Part shown: positions 1 through 8,589 of the stretch, piece by piece | Numbering within the stretch: the first letter of the stretch is position 1 | Layout of the letters: each line of letters opens with the position of its first letter | Assembly: GCA_963675725.2 (NCBI GenBank) | Contig: CAXXXZ010000002.1 | Location: forward strand, 4,042,611-4,074,610 | Direction: 5' to 3' | Length of the DNA: 32,000 nt | Source of the DNA: Desulfobacterales bacterium | GTDB lineage: Bacteria > Desulfobacterota > Desulfobacteria > Desulfobacterales > JAFDDL01 | The notes under the pieces: model-generated | Database searches by the model: none | Seen by the model: the letters and a program-made list of their open reading frames with translations, nothing else | What the model was told of the DNA's origin: nothing | Program-made: the position numbers and the translations under genes

Positions 1-1275
1 GCCCGGTCGAGCCAGGCCTCTGTGGACGCCATTCTTGAGTCCCTCGACTGGCTCGGCATTGATTGGGACCGAGGGCCTTTTTTTCAATCGCATCGCCTGG
101 ATATTTATAAGGAGCATATTCAACGGCTCCTTGATACCGGCCATGCCTATTATTGCACCTGCACACCGGACGAGGTGGAGGCCATGCGGAAAAAGGCCAT
201 GGCCACCGGTGGGAAACCCAAATATGATGGGACCTGCCGCAACAAAGGGATCACAGACCCGACGAATGCCGTGGTCCGCTTTGCCGCGCCCCTGGCTGGC
301 ACCACGATATTGCGGGATGAAATCAAGGGCAGCATCAGTTTTCAAAATGACGAGCTCGATGATTTTGTGATTTGTCGCAGCGATGGCACCCCCACCTATC
401 ATCTGGCGGTGGTGGTGGATGATATTACCATGGGTATCAATACGGTCCTTCGGGGGGACGATCATGTCAACAACACCCCCAAACAGATGCTTCTGTTCAA
501 GGCCCTTGGGGCCGACGTGCCAACCTTTGCCCATGTCCCGATGGTGCTGGGGGCGGACCGGACCCGTCTCAGTAAACGGCATGGGGCCACGTCTGTGCTG
601 GCCTACAAGGAACAGGGAATTTTACCGGACGCCCTGATTAACTTTTTGGTCAGACTCGGATGGTCCCACGGGGACCAGGAGTTTTTTACCCGGGATGAAC
701 TGGTGGAAAAGTTCAGTCTCAAAAACATCGGCCGGTCTGCCGGGATTTTCAATCCAGACAAGCTCCTGGCCCTGAATGCGGACCATATCAAGGCCGCTTC
801 GCCTGATGCATTGACCGCTCACCTGCTTCCGTTTTTGGCCCAGCGGGACATTGACCCTGATGCTGGCCCGGACCTTGGCAAGGCCATTGCTACCCTTCAG
901 AGCAGGAGCAAAACACTGGATGAGATGGCCCAGGGACTGACCTTTTATTTTACTGAAATTACCAGTTATGAGGAGAAAGGGGCCAAAAAGCTTTTCAAGG
1001 AAAGTGCGCTGCCCGCCCTTGATCTGTTGACGGAAAAAATCAAGGCCTTGGATGTGGTAACTGAAAAGAGTCTGGAGCCGGTGTTTCTGGCTGTCATGGA
1101 AGAAACAGGCCTCAAGCTCGGCAAAATTGCCCAGCCGCTGCGCCTGGCCCTGACCGGTTCCACCGTGAGTCCCGGCATTTTTGAGATTATTGAAGTCCTT
1201 GGAAAGGAAAAGACCCTTGAACGGCTTGAGGCGGCCAAGGCGGAGATACTCAAAAGGGGATCTGATGAGGGATAG
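1..1275 (+). CDS. gltX: Glutamyl-tRNA synthetase, 5' end truncated by window edge
   Basis: Frame stays open to base 1 (ARSSQASVDAILESLDWLGIDWDRGPFFQSHR). It contains YYCTCTPDEVEAMR and the KMSKS-like TRLSKRHGAT typical of GluRS. Confidence 0.95.
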   Translation, partial: ARSSQASVDAILESLDWLGIDWDRGPFFQSHRLDIYKEHIQRLLDTGHAYYCTCTPDEVEAMRKKAMATGGKPKYDGTCRNKGITDPTNAVVRFAAPLAGTTILRDEIKGSISFQNDELDDFVICRSDGTPTYHLAVVVDDITMGINTVLRGDDHVNNTPKQMLLFKALGADVPTFAHVPMVLGADRTRLSKRHGATSVLAYKEQGILPDALINFLVRLGWSHGDQEFFTRDELVEKFSLKNIGRSAGIFNPDKLLALNADHIKAASPDALTAHLLPFLAQRDIDPDAGPDLGKAIATLQSRSKTLDEMAQGLTFYFTEITSYEEKGAKKLFKESALPALDLLTEKIKALDVVTEKSLEPVFLAVMEETGLKLGKIAQPLRLALTGSTVSPGIFEIIEVLGKEKTLERLEAAKAEILKRGSDEG

Positions 1276-1356
1276 TGTTCTGTCTTAAATGAAATAACGC
1301 AGAATTCCTATTGACTCGAATCCATCTTTTTTATATGAAAAATGGAAAATTGACAC

Positions 1357-1430
1357 TGGGAGATCGTCCAGCGGCAGGACTACGGACTCTGACTCCGTCA
1401 ACCAAGGTTCGAATCCTTGTCTCCCAGCCA
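1357..1430 (+). tRNA. tRNA-Gln, anticodon CTG
   Basis: Acceptor TGGGAGA/TCTCCCA, anticodon arm ACGGA-CTCTGAC-TCCGT, GGTTCGAATCC T-arm, encoded GCCA 3' end. Confidence 0.96.
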
Positions 1431-1439
1431 AGCAAATTC

Positions 1440-1475
1440 AAGGGGTTACGGCAAATTTCACCGTAACCCCTTTTT
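1440..1475 (+). terminator. Rho-independent terminator downstream of tRNA-Gln
   Basis: 12-bp perfect stem AAGGGGTTACGG / CCGTAACCCCTT followed by T-run. Confidence 0.9.
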
Positions 1476-2163
1476 GCGTCTCCGGTCCTTTTGGGATGTA
1501 TGAGGTGAAACCTTGGATTTTTTTGCGTTTTTTATGGAAATCTCACCCTTGGAACCTGGCCTCACATATCCAAAAACGAGTAAGCACCTCATAAGTCCAA
1601 AAATATGGGTCAATGGAGTTTTGGACATTATGTGACATCGCCCCCCCATCCATTATTCCCATTTTAATGCTTATAACGGATATAGGATTAGCCAATGCCC
1701 GTTAACATCCTTTTCAATGAAACACGATTGTGATAAATTTTGGGAGTCATCTTTTTTAGCATAAGAATATAGCTGATGCGGTCCGGTAAGCTCACAGTGG
1801 AGGTTCTAATGAAAAAGCTGTTTCTTGTCCTACTTGTCATCTACAGTTTAAATGGTTGCGCTGCAAAATACGCACATCAGTACCCTCTTCATTCCGCTGC
1901 ATATAATGGCAATACATCGCAGCTTCAAACCTGGATAAAATCGGGAGCCCCCATAGACGAGGTAGACGACGCCGGCATGACACCTTTTTTACATGCTGTT
2001 TCTTCGTGTGATCCGGAAATGGCAACAATAATGATAACTAATGGAGCAAATGTAAATGCCATAACAGATGACGGTTTGACAGCACTACATTATGTTGTTC
2101 TATCATGCTCGGATTCACCGGAAAAAGCTTTGACTCTAACAAATCTGAAGTTTCCAAAAAAAG

Positions 2164-3498
2164 TTAAGCAGCCATGCGCAGCATTACTGCCACAAACGAA
2201 TTTACGACAGAAATACGCGGCACCGGGAAAAGTCTACTAAAATTATCTTCCATTGCCGCTTGGGTAATTGATCTTCTGACATCCGAGAAGGCAAAATAGC
2301 GCCGCCCCTTGACGGCGTGCCGTCGTTTGGGGGTTTTTGCGATCCGGTCGGCATAAATCCATGCCACGGAAGCAGCCATCATGCAAAAGTTTAGATGGTT
2401 GCTGACAGCCTGCGGATGTCTGGTTTGCGTTTCGGCACTGCCGATATCGCGCTTGAGTTCTTTGAACAAGGCTTCGATCTTCCAGCGAGCGCCATAGTAG
2501 GCGATGATTTGCTGCACTGAAAGGGTCAGGTCGGTTGAATATAGCGCTATCCACTGACTTTGACGATAGACCCAGACCACCTTGACTGCACAGCGGATTG
2601 TTTTGAGCGTGACCACGCGCTCGTAGGCCACTACGGTGCGCTCGCGGCCATACAAGTTGACAGTATATTCGCTGGCCAACGATTTGAATTCACCAGCCAG
2701 TGACGCTGCCGTACCCAGTTTTGCGCCGTATTTACGCGGTCGTCCTGCTCGGCGGTTACCTTTAGGGCAAGGTAACTCGAAGATGTTGTTATTGGATCGC
2801 AGCCGAGAGAGCAAATTCACACGTCGGCCCAGTTGATGCCGCAATGGTTTGAACAAACCGTTGTTGCCGAACCATGAATCGGTGACCACGGTAATGGGGG
2901 CAGCAGAAAATACGGCCGCTATTGCTGTGATCATTGTGGCAGCCTGCTCGAGCTTGCTCTCAAAGGTCAGCTTTGGCCCTTTATTATCGCGATTGATCTG
3001 TTCAACGCTTTTTTTCAGATGATAGAACCGGTAGTTGAGCGGCAGACAGGCCCAACGTCCCTTAACGATTTTCAGTAGTCCCACAGCTACGATATTTTGC
3101 GCCCAGGGATATTTGGACTGATTCTGTTTGGCGGCATGATCAAAGATGTTGGCACAGCCGAAAACCTTCTTGCCGGATTTGGGGTTGATATAATCATCGA
3201 GAGCCAGGAGCAGGCGGCCATCGGTCAAGGGATTGTCAATCATTTGCCAAAGCCTTTGCCACAATCGTTGCCATGGAATTTTGGGTGATGCCATGAAGGT
3301 GTAAAAGCGTTTTTTGCCGATACCTGTAATTCCAAAAAGCGTTTGAAGACATCGAAGTATGTTGGACGTTTTCGATGAAGTAAACGGCACCAGGATAGCC
3401 ATGATTGTATAGATAAACCAACTACCGCGTTCATGGCCCTTGCGTGAGTTGGCAAATTCGCTTTTGAGATTGGTAAGTATTTCGTGTAATGTAAACAT
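2164..3498 (-). CDS. IS4-like DDE transposase, 444 aa
   Basis: LLALDDYINPKSGKK, VVTDSWFGNNGLF and ARWKIEALFKELKRDIG match D-D-E blocks of IS4-superfamily transposases. ORF is intact. Confidence 0.85.
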   Translation of the reverse strand: MFTLHEILTNLKSEFANSRKGHERGSWFIYTIMAILVPFTSSKTSNILRCLQTLFGITGIGKKRFYTFMASPKIPWQRLWQRLWQMIDNPLTDGRLLLALDDYINPKSGKKVFGCANIFDHAAKQNQSKYPWAQNIVAVGLLKIVKGRWACLPLNYRFYHLKKSVEQINRDNKGPKLTFESKLEQAATMITAIAAVFSAAPITVVTDSWFGNNGLFKPLRHQLGRRVNLLSRLRSNNNIFELPCPKGNRRAGRPRKYGAKLGTAASLAGEFKSLASEYTVNLYGRERTVVAYERVVTLKTIRCAVKVVWVYRQSQWIALYSTDLTLSVQQIIAYYGARWKIEALFKELKRDIGSAETQTRHPQAVSNHLNFCMMAASVAWIYADRIAKTPKRRHAVKGRRYFAFSDVRRSITQAAMEDNFSRLFPVPRISVVNSFVAVMLRMAA

Positions 3499-3606
3499 GC
3501 GAGGCTCCGAGTTTGAGTGGAAGTTTGTTTGGGCAAAATAAACCTACCACAATCGGGCCTCGCAATCAACCCTAACTTACTGAATTCATAATACTTATAG
3601 TAATTT

Positions 3607-3673
3607 TTAGCAAAATGTCGGTTCGATATTATCAATAATTTCAGCATGTTACGAACGACCCCTGTTTTGCTAA
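3607..3673. repeat. Imperfect inverted repeat / hairpin in the IS non-coding region upstream of its transposase
   Basis: TTAGCAAAA (3607..3615) pairs with TTTTGCTAA (3665..3673). The inner arms TCGGTTCG and CGAACGACC pair with one bulge; the loop contains ATTATCAATAAT. Confidence 0.6.
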
Positions 3674-4233
3674 CTATTTGTTTTGATTGATTATTTGTGC
3701 GGTCGAGAAGTACTTCCACTTCATGCCGCCACTAAAAAAATGGGAAACTTCAGTAACAAATGAGTTGCTTGATAAAGGGTTCGATTTGTCCACCACTGAC
3801 AAAAATGGACACACAGCTTTTTGGACGGCCATGGAATATCAATTGGTGGAAATGGTCGCTCTACTTCGTAAAAAAGGCGTGAAGGAAAGATTTAGGGATG
3901 GATCCACTAACGGTTTTGATGAAACACTCCGACAACCGGCTTTTTATACACCACCTTGCGACGATTATGACATCCCTGAAGGTCAGGAATACAATTATCA
4001 GCTGGCAATTGGTGACTGCAACCATTTAGTCGTCCCCCATAGAACAGCCCAACTCTATACTTTTGGACCAATTGGATATGCTGTCGGGGTTCTTAAGGAC
4101 AAACACACGGTGCCTGAAAAGCACCACGAATGTATGGAGAAAATGGGATTTCGGAGAGTTAAGTAAAAGGCAAAAGTGTTCATAAGTCAAAACCTTGTTT
4201 TTCCTGTAATGGAAACGCCTCTCTAAGCAGGAA

Positions 4234-4548
4234 CTACGATAGCATTTTGTGTTTACCCGCAGCTAAATAAAAAACTGATGCGACAATACCTACCAGCCCA
4301 ACCCGGGCTACTTTTCCATCGAGAATTTTACGGTCAAGGTACGTATGATGCGCAAAGTAATTCCTTAACATACCAAATGTAAGTAATTGTGTCGCGAATT
4401 CCCTACTCGGTCCTGGCCTGCAGGCTGTTTCCACGCCTTTCCTTATTGCATCGAATGGATCGCCTGGTCTTTGTTTTAAGTTGGTAAGCTCTTTCCATTT
4501 AGTAATGGCTATCAGTAGTGTCCGGTTAAAGTTTGCATAAAAGCTCAT
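4234..4548 (-). CDS. Small uncharacterised protein with LRNYFAHHTY motif (possible HEPN-like). N-terminus is replaced by IS-derived sequence.
   Basis: ORF starts inside the left end of the 4516..5840 IS. The first ~11 codons (MSFYANFNRTL) are IS sequence read through its terminal repeat; native sequence begins around LIAITKWKELTN. Confidence 0.4.
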   Translation of the reverse strand: MSFYANFNRTLLIAITKWKELTNLKQRPGDPFDAIRKGVETACRPGPSREFATQLLTFGMLRNYFAHHTYLDRKILDGKVARVGLVGIVASVFYLAAGKHKMLS

Positions 4549-5840
4549 AACAAATTGAATATATGTCGAAAAGTTACTAATTCATGGGGGTACCCATTTG
4601 ATTTTTCCTCAATAGCCCAATATGACCCTACGCAGGGACTAATTGCGAAGGGAGATGGGCATGCATCAAGGAAGAATCGTATTTTCACAGGTCTTGGATT
4701 TTCTGCCTCGAAAACAATTTCGCAAATGTGTAAGCCGGTATCGAGGCAACCATCGGACTCGCTCTTTTACATGTTATGATCAATTTCTTTGCATGGCTTT
4801 CGGTCAATTGGCTTATCGTGAAAGTCTTCGAGACACGGTTTTATGTCTACGGGCCATGTGAGAAAAACTGCACCACGTTGGCATCCAGGGTAAAGTCTCA
4901 CGCAGCACGCTATCGGATGCGAACGAAAAGCGGAACTGGCGAATCTATTGTGATTTTGCTCAGGTGCTGATCGGCAAGGCCCGGAAGCTCTATGCTGATG
5001 ATGACTTCGGCCTTCAGTTGAGTGAAACCGTTTACGCATTGGACTCCTCGACAATTGATCTATGCCGTTCGATTTTTCCATGGGCTCGTTTCCGTACGAC
5101 CAAAAGTGGCGTCAAACTCCATACGCTGCTCGATTTGAGGGGGAATATTCCCACATTCGTTTCGGTCACGGATGCAAAGGTTCATGATGTCAATATTCTG
5201 GATCAATTGATACCGGAACCCGGTGCCATTTATGTCATGGATCGTGCGTATCTCGATTTTGCACGTCTCAATAAATTGAACTGTGAGGCATCCTTTTTCA
5301 TTCTACGGGCGAAAAGTAATACACAGCTCAAAAGAATTTACTCCTCACCGGTGGATAAATCGACTGGCGTGTTTTGTGACCAAACTGTGAAGTTGGCCAA
5401 CAAAGACAGTGCCGAAGATTATCCGAACAAATTGAGAAAGATCCGGTATTATCACCAGGAAAGCCGCAAACGTTTTGTTTTCCTGACGAACAATTTCACA
5501 TTGGATGCGATAACCATAGCCGATTTGTATAGATGCCGTTGGCAAGTGGGACTATTTTTCAAATGGATCAAACAGCATCTAAAAATCAAATCGTTTTTCG
5601 GGATTTCTGAAAATGCAGTGAAGACTCAAATCTGGATTGCCATATCAGTTTACGTTCTGGTGGCTATCCTGAAAAAAGAACTGAAGCTCGAACAGAGCCT
5701 CTACACAATTCTACAGATTTTGAGCATTACTCTTTTTGAGAAAATCCCCATTTTACAAGCGTTCACAGAGAATGATTACACAACAAAAATTACTAGTGGA
5801 CATATCCAACTGAATTTATTTGATTCTTAACCGGACACTA
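4516..5840 (+). mobile_element. IS4-family element with decayed transposase, about 1325 bp
   Basis: 14-bp perfect inverted ends TAGTGTCCGGTTAA (4516..4529) and TTAACCGGACACTA (5827..5840) enclosing one transposase frame. No clear target duplication of 4 bp or more. Confidence 0.85.
4643..5830 (+). pseudogene. IS4-family transposase with one in-frame TGA (4859..4861)
   Basis: ORFs 4643..4861 and 4964..5830 share a frame. Translation through TGA gives ESLRDTVLCLRAM*EKLHHVGIQGKVSRSTLSDANEKRNWRIYCDFAQVLIGKARKL, matching the IS4 DUF4372/DDE_Tnp_1 architecture. C-terminus has RWQVGLFFKWIKQHLKIKSF. Confidence 0.88.
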
Positions 5841-6018
5841 ATGTCTTGAAATGATAGATAAAAAACACTAGAATGTCTAGACTGTTTGTAACATGCTGTT
5901 ATTATTTATATTCACATCGCCCGTTTTGCTAGACCTATTTTTTTGGAACACTCCCCTTACTTTCTCATAGGCGAGTTCGACACAGCCGGAAGCTGGTGAT
6001 CAGCCCGGTGGTGCGCCT

Positions 6019-8343
6019 TTAATGAGCGGCGCCTTCCTTCTTAAGCTGTGCTACCGCCACCGCTGCCTGCCCCAGGGCAATCCCCCCGTCATTGGTCGGC
6101 ACCTGCTGATGGGAAAAAACCGCAAAGCCCTCATTTTCCAAAGCATGGCTTAATCCTGTCAACAAAATTGCATTTTGAAACACCCCACCGCTCAAAACGA
6201 CCTTGCAAATGTTGGTTTCTTTTCGGACCTTCTTGCAGAGGGTTGTAAACAGATCCACCAGGGATGCATGAAAGTCCCGGCTTATTTTCTGGATAGATCG
6301 TTCAGCCATCACGTCGCTTACAATCTGTTTTACCAGAGGCCCCACATCAACCTGCCAACACCCCTCCCGGTCCATCACATGATAGGGATAGGGCCTCGCC
6401 TTTTCTCCGGCCCCCCCGTTGGCAAGGGTTTCAAGGGCCATCGCAGCCTGGCCTTCAAACGAAACCGTCCGACAGATGTTGGTAATGGCGGCCACCCCAT
6501 CAAAGAGACGGCCCAGGCTGGACGTCAGGGGTGAATTCAGTCCCCGGTCAATCATCTGGACCGTCAGGCGACACGCAGCGGCATCAACCTGCTGTAAAAA
6601 GGGAAGATCTAATTCCAGAAATGCCCGTCCAAAGTTTTGGTAAAGATAGCTGACCCCCGTGCGCCAGGGTTCCCGAATAGCTGCTTCACCACCCGGAAGC
6701 GGCACATAGGACAGCTGAGCCCCTCGGGTAAAGTTGGCCCGATCGGCCACCAAAACCTCTCCGCCCCAAATCGCCCCGTCCAGGCCGTAACCAGTCCCGT
6801 CGAGAGCCAGGCCAATGACCGCCCCATCCAGACCATGTTCCGCCATGCAACTGACCACATGGGCATGGTGATGCTGAACCGGTATTTTCTGAGGGGAGGG
6901 ATGGGAAAGGGCATAGCGCGTTGAAAGGTAGTCCGGGTGCATATCATGGGCCACAGCCTTTGGTGTTATGTCCAACAGCTGCCTCATTTGGTCGATGGTC
7001 TCCCCAAAGGACTGGTAGGTAGCCACATCATCAAGGTCGCCCATATGGGGGCTTATAAAGGCACTGGTTCCACGGGTCAGGCAAAAGGTGTTTTTCAGCT
7101 GGGCCCCCACCGCAAGAACGGACGGGGTTTTTTCTTTAAACCCGATCGGTGCTGGAGCATATCCCCGGGAGCGTCGAATTTGTCGAATCGCCCCACGCAC
7201 ATATCGAACCACTGCGTCATCGCATCGATGACAAATCTCCCGGTCATGGACGAGAAAATAATCAGCGATGGCAGATAATTGATCAAAGGCGTCATTGTTG
7301 TCTATACAAAGCGGCCGATTGCTGAAATTGCCGCTGGTCATTACCAATGCGGTGAGACCGCAATCAGCCAACAGTAGGTGGTGAAGGGGGGCGTAGGGCA
7401 ACATCACGCCTACCAGATGATTTTCCGGCGACACCCATATAGAGAGTTGGCATGGGTCAGCTTTTTCCAACAGAACAATGGGTCGCTCAACCGTCGAAAG
7501 CAGTGCCATTTCTTCAGGCGATATCCGGGCAAACGTGGCCGCTGCCGCTACGGTTGGTGCCATTACGGCAAAGGGTTTGTGGGGCCGCCTTTTTCGCGTC
7601 CTCAGCGCTTTTACCGCGGTATCGTGTTCTGCGTTTGCAGCCAGGTGAAACCCACCGATTCCTTTGATGGCAATGATATTCCCCGCGGTCAATAATGCAG
7701 CCGCCTTTTTGATAGGATCTTCCAGGGACAACCGCTTTCGATGCCGGCCATACAGGGCCACCGACGGACCACAGGCCGGGCAGGCATTTGGCTGGGCGTG
7801 AAACCGTCGGCTTGCCGGATCATCATACTCGGCTCGACACGGACCGCACATGGCAAATTTTTTCATGGCGGTGAAAGGCCGATCATAGGGAAGGGCATCG
7901 ATAATGGTATACCGGGGGCCGCAATGGGTGCAATTGATGAAAGGATACCGGAAACGACGATCATGGGGATCAAACAGCTCTTTCAGACAATCGTCACAGA
8001 CCCCTACATCCGGTGAAATAAGGGTTGATACGTTCTCCAGGTGCCTGCTGGGAACGATTTTAAACCCGGAATAACCTGACAACGGGGTGTTTTCTGCAAC
8101 CATGTCAGAAATATGGGCAAGGGGAGGGCCGCCTTTTTCTACCGCAGTCGAAAAAGCCGCCACCGCCTGATGGCTCCCTTCCACATGAATGGAAACGCCC
8201 GCCCCGGTATTGGCCACGGTGCCGGTCAAGCCAAGCCCAACGGCAAGCCGGTGTACATAGGGGCGGAAGCCTACCCCCTGAACGATACCGTTTACTTGTA
8301 AATGCTTTGCAGTCAAGTCTTCACGCATGCCCACCCTCTTCAT
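6019..8343 (-). CDS. hypF: Carbamoyltransferase HypF, hydrogenase maturation
   Basis: Acylphosphatase domain VNGIVQGVGFRPYVHRLA. Zn-finger CDDCLKELFDP..CTHCGPRYTII..CGPCRAEYDDP..CPACGP. YrdC/Kae1-like C-terminal region. Confidence 0.95.
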   Translation of the reverse strand: MKRVGMREDLTAKHLQVNGIVQGVGFRPYVHRLAVGLGLTGTVANTGAGVSIHVEGSHQAVAAFSTAVEKGGPPLAHISDMVAENTPLSGYSGFKIVPSRHLENVSTLISPDVGVCDDCLKELFDPHDRRFRYPFINCTHCGPRYTIIDALPYDRPFTAMKKFAMCGPCRAEYDDPASRRFHAQPNACPACGPSVALYGRHRKRLSLEDPIKKAAALLTAGNIIAIKGIGGFHLAANAEHDTAVKALRTRKRRPHKPFAVMAPTVAAAATFARISPEEMALLSTVERPIVLLEKADPCQLSIWVSPENHLVGVMLPYAPLHHLLLADCGLTALVMTSGNFSNRPLCIDNNDAFDQLSAIADYFLVHDREICHRCDDAVVRYVRGAIRQIRRSRGYAPAPIGFKEKTPSVLAVGAQLKNTFCLTRGTSAFISPHMGDLDDVATYQSFGETIDQMRQLLDITPKAVAHDMHPDYLSTRYALSHPSPQKIPVQHHHAHVVSCMAEHGLDGAVIGLALDGTGYGLDGAIWGGEVLVADRANFTRGAQLSYVPLPGGEAAIREPWRTGVSYLYQNFGRAFLELDLPFLQQVDAAACRLTVQMIDRGLNSPLTSSLGRLFDGVAAITNICRTVSFEGQAAMALETLANGGAGEKARPYPYHVMDREGCWQVDVGPLVKQIVSDVMAERSIQKISRDFHASLVDLFTTLCKKVRKETNICKVVLSGGVFQNAILLTGLSHALENEGFAVFSHQQVPTNDGGIALGQAAVAVAQLKKEGAAH

Positions 8344-8346
8344 CCC

Positions 8347-8589
8347 CTATTCATCGGGCATGCCGGTATCCCTGGTCATGGCAACCATTTCCCGAAGTAG
8401 GTCAAGGGATTCAAGGGCAATTTTTTCATCCACCTTGTGGATGGCAAACCCGGCATGAACAATCACATAGTCACCCACCGCTGCATCCGGCACCAACAAA
8501 AGACTGGCCCGCCTGGTGGCACCATCCACATCAATAATGGCCATTTCCTTTTCGATTGAAACGACCTTAGACGGAATGGCTATGCACAT
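8347..8589 (-). CDS. hypC: Hydrogenase maturation chaperone HypC/HybG family
   Basis: MCIAIPSKVVSIEKEMAIIDVDGATRRASLLLVPDAAVGDYVIVHAGFAIHKVDEKIA. Confidence 0.95.
   Translation of the reverse strand: MCIAIPSKVVSIEKEMAIIDVDGATRRASLLLVPDAAVGDYVIVHAGFAIHKVDEKIALESLDLLREMVAMTRDTGMPDE

Larger units (their letters stand above)
2145..3753 (-). mobile_element. IS4-superfamily insertion sequence, 1609 bp
   Basis: Ends CTGAAGTTTCC (2145..2155) and GGAAACTTCAG (3743..3753) are 11-bp perfect inverted repeats. They are flanked by 8-bp direct repeats TAACAAAT at 2137..2144 and 3754..3761. Encloses one transposase. Confidence 0.92.
1809..4166 (+). pseudogene. Ankyrin-repeat lipoprotein gene interrupted by an IS element (exons 1809..2144 and 3762..4166, about 246 aa when rejoined)
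   Basis: MKKLFLVLLVIYSLNGCAAK lipobox-like signal, ankyrin-like repeats (YPLHSAAYNGNTSQLQTWIKSG; MTPFLHAVSSCDPEMATIMITNGANVNAITDDGLTALHYVV). Removing the IS plus one TSD copy joins ...EKALTLTN to ELLDKGFDLSTTDKNGHTAFW... in frame. Confidence 0.85.

Noticed and set aside
1357-1430. tRNA-Gln as attachment site of an integrative element
   Set aside because: No integrase gene and no second copy of the tRNA 3' end seen downstream. The neighbourhood is explained by IS insertions.
3687-3753. 3687 as true start of the right ankyrin fragment
   Set aside because: Codons before 3754 lie within the IS right end. The native frame begins at the target duplication.
4859-4861. Selenocysteine or programmed readthrough at the in-frame TGA of the second transposase
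   Set aside because: Transposases of this family have no known Sec position, no SECIS-like hairpin is obvious downstream, and a point nonsense mutation is simpler.
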